Shown: positions 10,716 through 18,869 of the stretch, in pieces
Position numbering within the stretch: the stretch's first letter is position 1
Layout of the letters: every line of letters begins with the position of its first letter
Source: an uncultured virus (IMG/VR IMGVR_UViG_3300043958_000209)
Lineage: Duplodnaviria > Heunggongvirae > Uroviricota > Caudoviricetes
Length of the DNA: 64,000 nucleotides
Strand: one strand, 5' to 3'
Virus record (IMG/VR): IMGVR_UViG_3300043958_000209
Notes under the pieces: model-generated
The model's input: the letters and a program-made list of their open reading frames with translations, nothing else
Told to the model about the DNA's origin: nothing
Databases searched by the model: none
Made by a program: the position numbers and the translations under genes

Positions 10716-11067
10716 TTTGATTTACCTCCATGTCTAAGTGATATTGCCTTTCCAATAACGGATAGAAATTATCCGTAATGTAAGGTCTTTGTTTTGGGTT
10801 GAGAAAACGCACCGCCGCATAGTTTTTGAGGATTACCTCAAGGGGCTGACCGTGCTTTTCATACATGGCAAACATGAACAGCGGCAGCATGAGAAACATC
10901 ATTACAAGCACCGCAGGGCTTGTGCCGATATAGTCCTTGAGAATGAAAAAAGGCGGTAATCCTACCGCCAGTGCCGCCGAAAAACAGATAATTTGCCGCT
11001 TGGTAAGGTTTAGAGCAACCTTTGTTTTTACATTGCTTAAATCTTTGGGGATTGGTACATAAGCCAT
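10630..11067 (-). CDS. prgI: PrgI-family conjugation membrane protein
   Basis: MAYVPIPKDL...LTKRQIICF, two TM helices, overlaps the virB4 start. Confidence 0.9.
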   Translation of the reverse strand: MAYVPIPKDLSNVKTKVALNLTKRQIICFSAALAVGLPPFFILKDYIGTSPAVLVMMFLMLPLFMFAMYEKHGQPLEVILKNYAAVRFLNPKQRPYITDNFYPLLERQYHLDMEVNQIVKNRKEAHKAHPSGKAKHRKCGAKGEQ

Positions 11068-11083
11068 AAAATCCTCCTTTCTT

Positions 11084-11115
11084 GGCAACAAAAAAGCAAC
11101 CGCTTTTGCGGTTGC
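11084..11115 (-). terminator. Intrinsic terminator upstream of prgI
   Basis: GCAACCGC-AAAA-GCGGTTGC followed by a T6 tract on the minus strand. Confidence 0.7.
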
Positions 11116-11128
11116 AATGCCATAATTT

Positions 11129-11872
11129 TTAATCAAATATTACTTCGCAATATAGGAACTCAAATATCACAAGTTTTACTGTTATCCCACCTTCAGCATT
11201 AAGAGATACTTGATAACGATATTGGTTGTCTTGGACATCATTCCAAAAGGCAAGAGCCATGACCTCTCCAGTTTCTATATTTTGGGCTATGAAAGGCACG
11301 AACACACCTCTTGACCCAACTTCAGGAGCTTTATTCATTTCGGGAATTTCGTTAAAACTCAGTGCCGCTTCATCTGAAATGTTGAATGCAAAATCATACC
11401 ATATTTTCGCTTTGACATCATCAAGGTTTACATGGTCAAATTCAAAGCCTGCATGACATCTTGCGAGTTTGAACAGTATGCGAAGTATTCGTTCTTCATC
11501 GGGGTCATAATACACTTTGCCATCATTTTTTTGTATCTGTTTTCTAAGCGTTTCTTGTAGCTTTTTATCCTTCTCATTCCTCACAATGGTCTGTTTATGT
11601 TGAGGACAATCGTCATACACTTGGCTTTTCAACACATCTAAAAAGCAAGCGAGATATTTTTCATCCTCAGAATACCCATTATTGCACTCAAAACAAGCAG
11701 GAATTGTTGGTAAATTTTCTGGATAAGGGTCAACTAAAAATGCTTTAGATGGTATATGTTCTCTTGTGGTAGCAGGACTACCGCAATATATACAGCCATT
11801 GTTTTTGGATTTTTCCCATGAGGTATAATATCCTGCTCCGTTATTACCTCCCAATCTTTTTCTTTGCTCCAT
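11129..11872 (-). CDS. HNH-type endonuclease cargo protein
   Basis: CIYCG...TREHIP...PACFECNNG zinc/HNH motif. AT-rich gene between virB6 and prgI. Confidence 0.7.
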   Translation of the reverse strand: MEQRKRLGGNNGAGYYTSWEKSKNNGCIYCGSPATTREHIPSKAFLVDPYPENLPTIPACFECNNGYSEDEKYLACFLDVLKSQVYDDCPQHKQTIVRNEKDKKLQETLRKQIQKNDGKVYYDPDEERILRILFKLARCHAGFEFDHVNLDDVKAKIWYDFAFNISDEAALSFNEIPEMNKAPEVGSRGVFVPFIAQNIETGEVMALAFWNDVQDNQYRYQVSLNAEGGITVKLVIFEFLYCEVIFD

Positions 11873-11938
11873 TTGTTCATCTCCTTTTTTACAGTATAGC
11901 ATTTAAATCACCCCACATATAGTCAAAATCTGTTAATT

Positions 11939-12802
11939 TTAATGAGCTGAAAAGATGCTCTTTGCCAATGTACCTGTCTTAAAGAGGGAGAAGCAGAGCA
12001 GCACTGTGTACATCATGCAAGTCCAAATCGCTTTTATAGGGTCAGCGCCTGTTGCAATGGACTGAATAAGCACTGCATAAATGCCAACGCACACCATAAT
12101 CAAAAAACCTTGAAATGCGAGGGCAAGCAGAGCTTTGAGGTAGTTGTTTCCCATGTTCCACTCCTTGCTTGATATTGTAGCAATGGGGATTGCTCCAAGA
12201 GAAGTCATGAGGTAGATTTCAAGCATTCTTCCATACACGATAATGAAAATACAAACGGATAATGCCCACATGACTATCCCCATAAAGAAACTTTGCAGAT
12301 ACAGCCCCAAGAGTGAGCCTATATCCATTTGTAGCAAGCTCTCACGCAAGGCATCTAAGGTTTCAACTCCTACTGCGGTATCTCCGATAATCACTCCTGC
12401 CGCATTGGATATAACCGACTGTGCCACATCAAATATGCCCATCATAATGGGGAATGTATTTGTTACAAGTACCACAGCAATAAAGGTTTTCATCATCCAC
12501 TTGAAAATGTCCGAGGGTGGAAAGTCGTGCATATTGTTTCTGTCAATGACCATTTGTATCAGCTCGTAGCACATCACAAAGGTCAGAATTATTCCGGCTA
12601 TGGGCATGATAACGGTGTCCGATAAGTTCTCAATCATGGAGAAAACACCGCCATTCCATTGTGACGGTGTTTTTCCCACATCTCCGGCAATCCTTGATAC
12701 TTCTGAATTGATGTTATCGAACAAGCCCGTTAGATTACCCATAATGCCGTCAACGAGCAGATTGGTTATCCACTCGTTGATTGCATCAATGATAAAATCC
12801 AT
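11939..12802 (-). CDS. virB6: VirB6/TrbL-like conjugal transfer membrane protein
   Basis: Polytopic protein with YGRMLEIY and AFQGFLIMVCV motifs. Confidence 0.9.
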   Translation of the reverse strand: MDFIIDAINEWITNLLVDGIMGNLTGLFDNINSEVSRIAGDVGKTPSQWNGGVFSMIENLSDTVIMPIAGIILTFVMCYELIQMVIDRNNMHDFPPSDIFKWMMKTFIAVVLVTNTFPIMMGIFDVAQSVISNAAGVIIGDTAVGVETLDALRESLLQMDIGSLLGLYLQSFFMGIVMWALSVCIFIIVYGRMLEIYLMTSLGAIPIATISSKEWNMGNNYLKALLALAFQGFLIMVCVGIYAVLIQSIATGADPIKAIWTCMMYTVLLCFSLFKTGTLAKSIFSAH

Positions 12803-12813
12803 CGGCTGTTATC

Positions 12814-13026
12814 TTAAAACAATCCGCTGAGAAGTGGTACAAGGGTCATGCCAATCAGTGCTACGCCACCGCCTGCCATGAGCTGCTTCATACCCTGTGA
12901 TTTAGCACCGGGGTTATCGTTGCCGTACCCCTCAAGGAGATTGATAACTCCCCAAATGCCAAGTCCTGCTCCAAGGGCGATAACGAGTGTCTGCAATGCG
13001 ACTACTGCTTGATTAAAAAATTCCAT
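12814..13026 (-). CDS. Maff2-family small membrane protein
   Basis: LGAGLGIWGVINLLEGYGNDNPGAKSQGMKQLMAGGG signature. Confidence 0.9.
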   Translation of the reverse strand: MEFFNQAVVALQTLVIALGAGLGIWGVINLLEGYGNDNPGAKSQGMKQLMAGGGVALIGMTLVPLLSGLF

Positions 13027-13069
13027 AGTGTTTTTCTCCTTTAATTTTGTATTTGTTGGTTTGTGTTTT

Positions 13070-13102
13070 GGCAATAAAAAAACGCTGTTCACTGACAGCG
13101 TT
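13070..13102 (-). terminator. Intrinsic terminator upstream of maff2
   Basis: AACGCTGT-loop-ACAGCGTT plus T tract. Confidence 0.65.
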
Positions 13103-13180
13103 AAAGAGCCACAATCATAGGCAACACCTCCTTTGCGTGTGGCTTGTGTATATAAAAAACACCACCTTGAACGGTAGTGC

Positions 13181-13449
13181 TTATTGCCCGTCTGAGGGCG
13201 GTGGTTCGGTTGTTTCTTCTTTCTTGCTTAAATCATAAACCTCGTACACATCGTTCCCTTTGAACTTTAGTTTGGTGGATAAGAATTTCTCAATGTCAAA
13301 GGCATTTTTCTTATCGAAGTCCGAGGGTATTTGTATTTCGGGTGCTTTGTAATATCGTACTTATCGCTGAAAAAGGGGCGAACACCTCTAAGCTGTAAAA
13401 TACATTTCCCACCGTCCATGACAGATAGCTCATCTATGCTCATAAGCTC
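13181..13449 (-). pseudogene. virD4: virD4 3'-end copy C (probable ancestral end, with a 1-bp frameshift near 13325)
   Basis: Translates ELMSIDELSVMDGGKCILQLRGVRPFFSDKYDITKHPKYKY, then after the frameshift SDFDKKNAFDIEKFLSTKLKFKGNDVYEVYDLSKKEETTEPPPSDGQ*. Confidence 0.9.
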
Positions 13450-13450
13450 A

Positions 13451-13485
13451 TTGCAACATTGTCAAGTGATGAGTTTAAAAAGGGG
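13451..13485 (-). repeat. att-like arm, copy 2
   Basis: + strand TTGCAACATTGTCAAGTGATGAGTTTAAAAAGGGG, near-identical to 15502-15536. Confidence 0.85.
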
Positions 13486-13584
13486 CAAAGAAATATACCC
13501 TCCATTCCGTAATAGAAAAAAGGGTATATCTGTGCTTTTTATGTAAACATAATGAACAACTTAAATCATGTAAACGTATGGGAA

Positions 13585-14142
13585 TTACTGTATTTTATAA
13601 AAGAAAGTTCCTTTCTTCATAGTGTTAACCATAACATCCTCATCCTTAAGGGCTGATGTAATCAGCGATTGTTTCATAGGAACATGTATTGTTGCGACAT
13701 CCGACATGTACTTTTTAAATGTTGGCACTTTATCCCATAGATTTTTTATACTTTGCTTTATTCCCTCGCTATTAGCAATATCCGTTTTCTCATTATAAGC
13801 CGGATAAATAACTATAACTGGTAGGCTTTGCGTATTCATTCCATATTCAAGCTCTTCCTTCAATGCTTTGCTTTCAATAGTATTTGAACTCAAAAACAAA
13901 ATAATATTCTTTGACCCACGTAGACGCTCTCTCAGGCGGTCTCGCAAGGTTTCCCAACTGCTACCATCACGGACACTATAATTTTTGTTGTGTGAATCAA
14001 CAAATGGGAAAGTAGAATCTTTGCCTTTCCACATCCTTAAGGTGTTGTAGTAGCAGAAATCGTGAGCAGTATTAGCTCCAAGATTTGTTTCACTAAATGG
14101 TTCCTTTACATAAAATGCACAATAATTTCCTGTACGGTTCAT
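13585..14142 (-). CDS. thsB: Thoeris ThsB, TIR-domain protein
   Basis: TIR/MTH538-like: YCAF, LRERLRGSKNIILFLS, KALKEELEYG (candidate catalytic Glu), LPVIVIY. Directly downstream of thsA. Confidence 0.85.
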   Translation of the reverse strand: MNRTGNYCAFYVKEPFSETNLGANTAHDFCYYNTLRMWKGKDSTFPFVDSHNKNYSVRDGSSWETLRDRLRERLRGSKNIILFLSSNTIESKALKEELEYGMNTQSLPVIVIYPAYNEKTDIANSEGIKQSIKNLWDKVPTFKKYMSDVATIHVPMKQSLITSALKDEDVMVNTMKKGTFFYKIQ

Positions 14143-14164
14143 ATTCATCCTCCTTTTTATTACC

Positions 14165-14968
14165 TTAAGCAATAAATTTTTTCAAATTATAAAGACTGAT
14201 TTCGTTTATCCTATCGTAAACAACAATAGTAATAGGTGCTTTTAGCTGAACATTGCTTGTTTTTAATGTACAAAGCATACACTTTAGTAGCTCAAATGGA
14301 GATGGTTTTTCAGACACTCCATCAAAACGAGTTATACCATCGCCTAAGATTGGCAAGTAAATCGGTTTTCCAGAATAAACTCGCCCTATTTCCTGCCACA
14401 TTTTGCGCATAATACTTTCGTAATTTAAGTTATCAATGTGTGCTTCATTCTCGTTATTTAAATGTGTTAAGGCTAATAATATAAAATCTTTATATGGAAT
14501 TACATAGCCAAGCGAAACATTGCCGTTGAAGTTTGAAATGAAATCCTTGAATGCTTCAAGCTCTTCACTTTCTTTAAGTTGTTTTATTAGTTGCCCATGG
14601 AGAGATGAATGTGAAATTATTGCATCTTCCTCTGATGAGCTAAAAGTATCATCAACCCCAATAACTTTCCACCCATTTTGTTTAAAAATATCACCTTGAC
14701 GAATTGTAACCTTGATTCCTCTGATTTTCATAGTAACACTGTCTCGTGTATTCCACCACAAAAATACAACAGCAGCTAAATATGAACATAAAAGAGCCAA
14801 TATGGTGGACACGAGACTTATAAACATATTATCAAATATATCAGTAAAAGAAACTCCCAAAATCCCCATTATGGCAGATACACCACCGAAAATTGCAAAA
14901 CCAATCGCAATACTATCTTTCCAAAGTCGACTACTTTTGAATTGATAGATTTTTTTCTGCTTTTCCAA
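14165..14968 (-). CDS. thsA: Thoeris ThsA, two TM helices plus Macro domain (type II Thoeris effector)
   Basis: Two N-terminal TM helices, then KVTIRQGDIF, IISHSSLHGQ and LPILGDGITR Macro-like motifs. TTG start with AGGAG RBS. Confidence 0.85.
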   Translation of the reverse strand: MEKQKKIYQFKSSRLWKDSIAIGFAIFGGVSAIMGILGVSFTDIFDNMFISLVSTILALLCSYLAAVVFLWWNTRDSVTMKIRGIKVTIRQGDIFKQNGWKVIGVDDTFSSSEEDAIISHSSLHGQLIKQLKESEELEAFKDFISNFNGNVSLGYVIPYKDFILLALTHLNNENEAHIDNLNYESIMRKMWQEIGRVYSGKPIYLPILGDGITRFDGVSEKPSPFELLKCMLCTLKTSNVQLKAPITIVVYDRINEISLYNLKKFIA

Positions 14969-15047
14969 TAAAAACGCTCCTCCTTTTCACATGAGCCCTC
15001 GCGCTACTATTATTACAATACATTTTCTAATTTTCTTTCTATCCATA

Positions 15048-15076
15048 ATTATACTACGAAATGCTACTTTTCTCAA
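15048..15076 (-). promoter_or_regulatory. Sigma-A promoter of the Thoeris operon
   Basis: TTGAGA-17 bp-TATAAT. Confidence 0.7.
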
Positions 15077-15221
15077 TACAACGACATTTTTCACACCAAC
15101 ATAGAAAATATACCCTCAGCCCATTATTAGGTGCGAGGGCATATCTGTATAAATTTTACGCCCCAAGCTCACCAACAATAGGGGAGCGCAAAACAAATTA
15201 AACTTCAAACAATAATTTACA

Positions 15222-15500
15222 TTACCTACCATTATACACATTATTCTTACTTAAATCTACCATTTTTATTTTTTCACTTACATCAAAAACCTCATATACA
15301 TCGTTTGGTTTAAGTTTCAGCTTTACGGATAAAAACTTCTCAATGTCAAAGACGTTTTTCTTGTCAAAGTCAGATAGATACATGTATTTTGGGTGGTTTG
15401 TAATATCGTATTTGTCACTGAAAAAGGGGCGAACACCTCTGAGCTGTAAAATGCACTTGCCACCGTCCATAACGGATAGTTTATCCATTGACATGAGTTC
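15222..15500 (-). pseudogene. virD4: virD4 3'-end copy B (intact reading frame, alternative C-terminus)
   Basis: ELMSMDKLSVMDGGKCILQLRGVRPFFSDKY...EVFDVSEKIKMVDLSKNNVYNGR*, highly similar to the last ~80 aa of VirD4. Confidence 0.9.
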
Positions 15501-15501
15501 C

Positions 15502-15536
15502 TTGTAACATTGTCAAGTGACGAGTTTTAAAAAGGG
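15502..15536 (-). repeat. att-like arm, copy 1
   Basis: + strand TTGTAACATTGTCAAGTGACGAGTTTTAAAAAGGG. Confidence 0.85.
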
Positions 15537-15580
15537 TAAAAATAAGAGCTACTAGCTCGTAGTAGCCCTTACTGAGTATC

Positions 15581-16507
15581 TTATATTTCTCTAAAAATCA
15601 GGTCGAAAGATTCACTCAGCTCGTCAAAGAACATTTTGTATACTGGTATTTTTAATGTTTTACCTATCTTAATAAGCTTTTCAATATTGGACTCTGAGCA
15701 ATTCAATCCTATGTATATTTCTTTTGGCTTAGCCACTACATATGGCATTCCTTTAGCATTTGCTCCAGTTGTGCATCTAAATTCATTTTCATAGCTCCAT
15801 GACGAATGTTTTATGTTACAAAAGTAGGATGATAAGAATACTAATGATAAGTCATCAAGCAGGATTTCCTTTTTTCCTTCTGCTCCTTGAATTTCAATCT
15901 GGTTTATCATATATTGAACTTGCTTATCCATAACACTGGTTATATCTATTCGCTCGTTAGTGTATTGGACAGGAAATGTACAACCAGACAATTGCGTGTT
16001 GTGTTTCGTATCATATGAAACACAGTAACCTGAATGATTATTTGCGTAATGCGCCCACATTGGCATTGAGTTTACGCTATTAGCTGTTAAAGAGGATACC
16101 TTAGTAAATGTAGAAAAATCATCTATAAGCCGTCCGCCATGTGGAATTAATCTTTCATATTTTATAAGAGTGTCAGCCTTATAATAAAATGCTTTATTAT
16201 CAAAAGGGTCATTTAAAAACTTAACATCTGACATAAAAATCTTTTGTTGTTCTAAAGTTTGGAGTTTTTGCTGATTAAGTGTCTTGTCATCGGTAAATGA
16301 ATAATACTTATAAAGTGTATCTGGTATATAAAGTCGACTGATTTTATACAGAAGTTGAAAGACCTCATTTTTATTTGCCGAAATATTAATCATGTACATG
16401 AACTTAAAATAATCAACTGGATTCTGCAAACGCCATTTTTCAATATCAAAGTTTTCTTCATCAACAGGGATAGGTTGAAGGTCGTAATGTATATCTTCTA
16501 TTTTCAT
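15581..16507 (-). CDS. DUF2971-like protein
   Basis: LYKY, LNDPFD, MWAHYANNHSGYCVSY and KHSSWSYENEFR motifs. AT-rich. Confidence 0.8.
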   Translation of the reverse strand: MKIEDIHYDLQPIPVDEENFDIEKWRLQNPVDYFKFMYMINISANKNEVFQLLYKISRLYIPDTLYKYYSFTDDKTLNQQKLQTLEQQKIFMSDVKFLNDPFDNKAFYYKADTLIKYERLIPHGGRLIDDFSTFTKVSSLTANSVNSMPMWAHYANNHSGYCVSYDTKHNTQLSGCTFPVQYTNERIDITSVMDKQVQYMINQIEIQGAEGKKEILLDDLSLVFLSSYFCNIKHSSWSYENEFRCTTGANAKGMPYVVAKPKEIYIGLNCSESNIEKLIKIGKTLKIPVYKMFFDELSESFDLIFREI

Positions 16508-16600
16508 ACAATTTATGCCTTTCTTGATTATATTAAAAGAGGACAGGTAGTAAAATTATTTACTATTATACTACATAATCTTTACTGAAATCTATCATTT

Positions 16601-18361
16601 TTATTTAACCTTATCACTGACATCGAAAACCTCATACAAATCGTTTGGTTTTAGCTTCAGCTTTGTGGATAAAAACTTCTCGACATCAAAGGCATTTTTC
16701 TTGTCAAAGTCGGATAGATACTTGTATTTTGGGTGGTTCGTAATATCGTATTTGTCACTGAAAAAAGGGCGAACACCTCTAAGTTGTAAGATGCATTTGC
16801 CACCGTCCATAACGGATAGTTCGTCCATTGACATGAGTTCTTTTCCAAGCCGCTGATAGTTGATACCGTAACTGCGTTGGCTACCTCGAGTGTCGGAGGT
16901 ATTGAACATATCAATGGTTTCTTTGCCGAGGGTTTCAGTCAAATCCTTGAGGGTGGTTTTTTCCTTGCCACCGAGGAAAATCATGCTGTCACAGTTGCCG
17001 ATAATGGTATCGGAGTTGTCTTTGTAGAGTGCTTTTAACTGGCTCTGTGCCTGCAAAACAAGGCAAGCTGAGATTTCACGACTGCGAATGGTTGCCATGA
17101 GCTTCTCAAGGTTTGGTATCTGCCCGATATTGGCACACTCATCAATCAAACACCGCACATGAACAGGTAAGCGACCGCCGTACACATCATCTGCTTTATC
17201 ACAAAGCAAGTTAAATAACTGCGTGTAGCACATGGATACAAGGAAATTGAATGTCGCATCGGTATCACTGATGATAATAAAGAGTGCTGTTTTCCTATCT
17301 CCGAGGGTATCCAGTTCCAGTTCATCATAAGCGGTCAGCTCTCTAAGCTCTTTAATATCAAAGGGAGCGAGCCTTGCACCACAGCTAATTAAAATCGACT
17401 TCGCTGTTTTGCCTGCGGCTAATTTGTACTTCTTATATTGCCTTACGGCAAAGTGCTGAGGGTCTTTTTCCTCGAGCCTATCAAACATCAAATCCACATT
17501 GTTCTTAAATTCCTCATCGTCCTCACGGACTTCACTGGCATTGATAAACTCAATCAGCGTTGTGAAGTTCTGCTCATCTTCGGGGGCTTCATAATAGATA
17601 TAGGCGATAAGGGCGGTGTAGAGCAGTGTTTCTGCTTTCACCCAAAAATCATCGCCTACCTTACCCTCGCCTTTGGTGTTGGCAATCAAGGTAGTAACGA
17701 GCTTTAAAATATCCTTTTCACTTTTGATGTAGGCAAAAGGGTTATAGTGCATGGATTTCTTGAAATTGATAGTGTTGAGGATTTTCACCTTATAGCCCTC
17801 ACGGAGCAGGAGCTTACCGCACTCAATGACGATACTGCCCTTTGGGTCAGTTACTACATAGGAGCTGTGGCATTGCATGAGGTTTGGTTTGAGCCAAAAT
17901 CTTGTTTTCCCACTGCCCGAACCGCCCACAATCAGCACATTTTTATTTCGTGCCGTTTTTGGGTCTTTGGGGCGGTTGTTCATGGTCAGCCGTTCCGTTT
18001 GGGTGAGGATTACATTGTTTTGGAATGTGGGGTCTACATACGGCTCAATGTCTTTTGCGTTGCCCCACCTTGCAGAGCCATACTCCACACCTTTACGGTA
18101 CTTTTTTGCATTTTTACTGCGAATATAGATTATCAGCTTTAGTAATGCACTGATGGCAAGCCCGATGAGTAAGTCGGTGGGATAAAAGGACGGAAACGGT
18201 ACTGCAAAAGCTCTCGATAAGCCCTCGCCCAAATTCAGTATCTTTTGCCCTAAATCAACACCGTTTGTGTGCCGCCATGCTTCAAGCAGCTTTGTAAACA
18301 GCAGCCCCAACACAAGGTAGGGAATGTTAAGGATAAGGAGCTTTTTCATCTTTTTACTCAT
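16601..18361 (-). CDS. virD4: VirD4/TraG type IV coupling protein
   Basis: N-terminal TM helices, Walker A GGSGSGKT, LIDECANIG, TIIGNCD. Confidence 0.95.
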   Translation of the reverse strand: MSKKMKKLLILNIPYLVLGLLFTKLLEAWRHTNGVDLGQKILNLGEGLSRAFAVPFPSFYPTDLLIGLAISALLKLIIYIRSKNAKKYRKGVEYGSARWGNAKDIEPYVDPTFQNNVILTQTERLTMNNRPKDPKTARNKNVLIVGGSGSGKTRFWLKPNLMQCHSSYVVTDPKGSIVIECGKLLLREGYKVKILNTINFKKSMHYNPFAYIKSEKDILKLVTTLIANTKGEGKVGDDFWVKAETLLYTALIAYIYYEAPEDEQNFTTLIEFINASEVREDDEEFKNNVDLMFDRLEEKDPQHFAVRQYKKYKLAAGKTAKSILISCGARLAPFDIKELRELTAYDELELDTLGDRKTALFIIISDTDATFNFLVSMCYTQLFNLLCDKADDVYGGRLPVHVRCLIDECANIGQIPNLEKLMATIRSREISACLVLQAQSQLKALYKDNSDTIIGNCDSMIFLGGKEKTTLKDLTETLGKETIDMFNTSDTRGSQRSYGINYQRLGKELMSMDELSVMDGGKCILQLRGVRPFFSDKYDITNHPKYKYLSDFDKKNAFDVEKFLSTKLKLKPNDLYEVFDVSDKVK

Positions 18362-18834
18362 AGGCTCTGCTCCTTATTTTTATGTTTCACCTTATCCACA
18401 ACGGTGTTTTTCACAATCTGAGCCAACTTTCTAAGCTCTGCAAGCACAGACGGTCTAGCCGCCTTTTTCACTATATCTGCGGTATATTCCTTAAAGGCAT
18501 TGGTAATGGCATCGGCATCTTTGCCTTTGAAAAAGACCACATATTTCGGCGGTACTTCGTGCTTATCTTTCATAACAGCAAAGTCCACACCATACTTTTT
18601 TGCCACACGCTCAAAATCTTTGATGTTTTGGTCGGTGATTTCAATACTGTTCATACCTTGACCTTGCTCGGCAAGCTGTTTTACCGATTGTTTTCCCTGC
18701 GGGATATTGGGGTGGGCTTTTTTGTCTTTCAAATGTGCAAGCAGTTTTAGCATTGCTTTTTTCAGCTCTCTGCCTGTGAGCTTGCCTGCACTGATGACAA
18801 GGGCAACGGTTTTTTGTTCCACTTCTTCCTGCAT
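18358..18834 (-). CDS. pcfB: PcfB-family protein
   Basis: MQEEVEQKTV, GKQSVKQL and AKKYGVDFAV motifs, upstream of virD4. Confidence 0.9.
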   Translation of the reverse strand: MQEEVEQKTVALVISAGKLTGRELKKAMLKLLAHLKDKKAHPNIPQGKQSVKQLAEQGQGMNSIEITDQNIKDFERVAKKYGVDFAVMKDKHEVPPKYVVFFKGKDADAITNAFKEYTADIVKKAARPSVLAELRKLAQIVKNTVVDKVKHKNKEQSL

Positions 18835-18869
18835 GAAAAATCCCTCCTTTCACGGTTTTCCTACGGTCA

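Larger units (their letters stand above)
13450..15500 (-). mobile_element. Recombinase-free cassette 2 (2051 bp) at the virD4 3' end, carrying Thoeris
   Basis: Bounded by repeated virD4 3' ends and the conserved att-like arm. Confidence 0.75.
15501..16840 (-). mobile_element. Recombinase-free cassette 1 (1340 bp) supplying the current virD4 3' end and carrying a DUF2971-like gene
   Basis: Homology between the virD4 copies breaks at 16840/15500/13449. Confidence 0.75.

Noticed and set aside
15150..15200. Possible remnant of a recombinase C-terminus (VGELGA*) inside cassette 2
   Set aside because: Too short to distinguish from chance without an alignment
13181..16840. virD4 repeats as an assembly artefact or a shufflon
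   Set aside because: The copies are diverged with mainly synonymous changes, so they are not collapsed reads. They are in direct rather than inverted orientation, so inversion shuffling does not fit.
13181..16840. Diversity-generating retroelement template/variable repeats
   Set aside because: No reverse transcriptase in the window, and the differences are not adenine-specific
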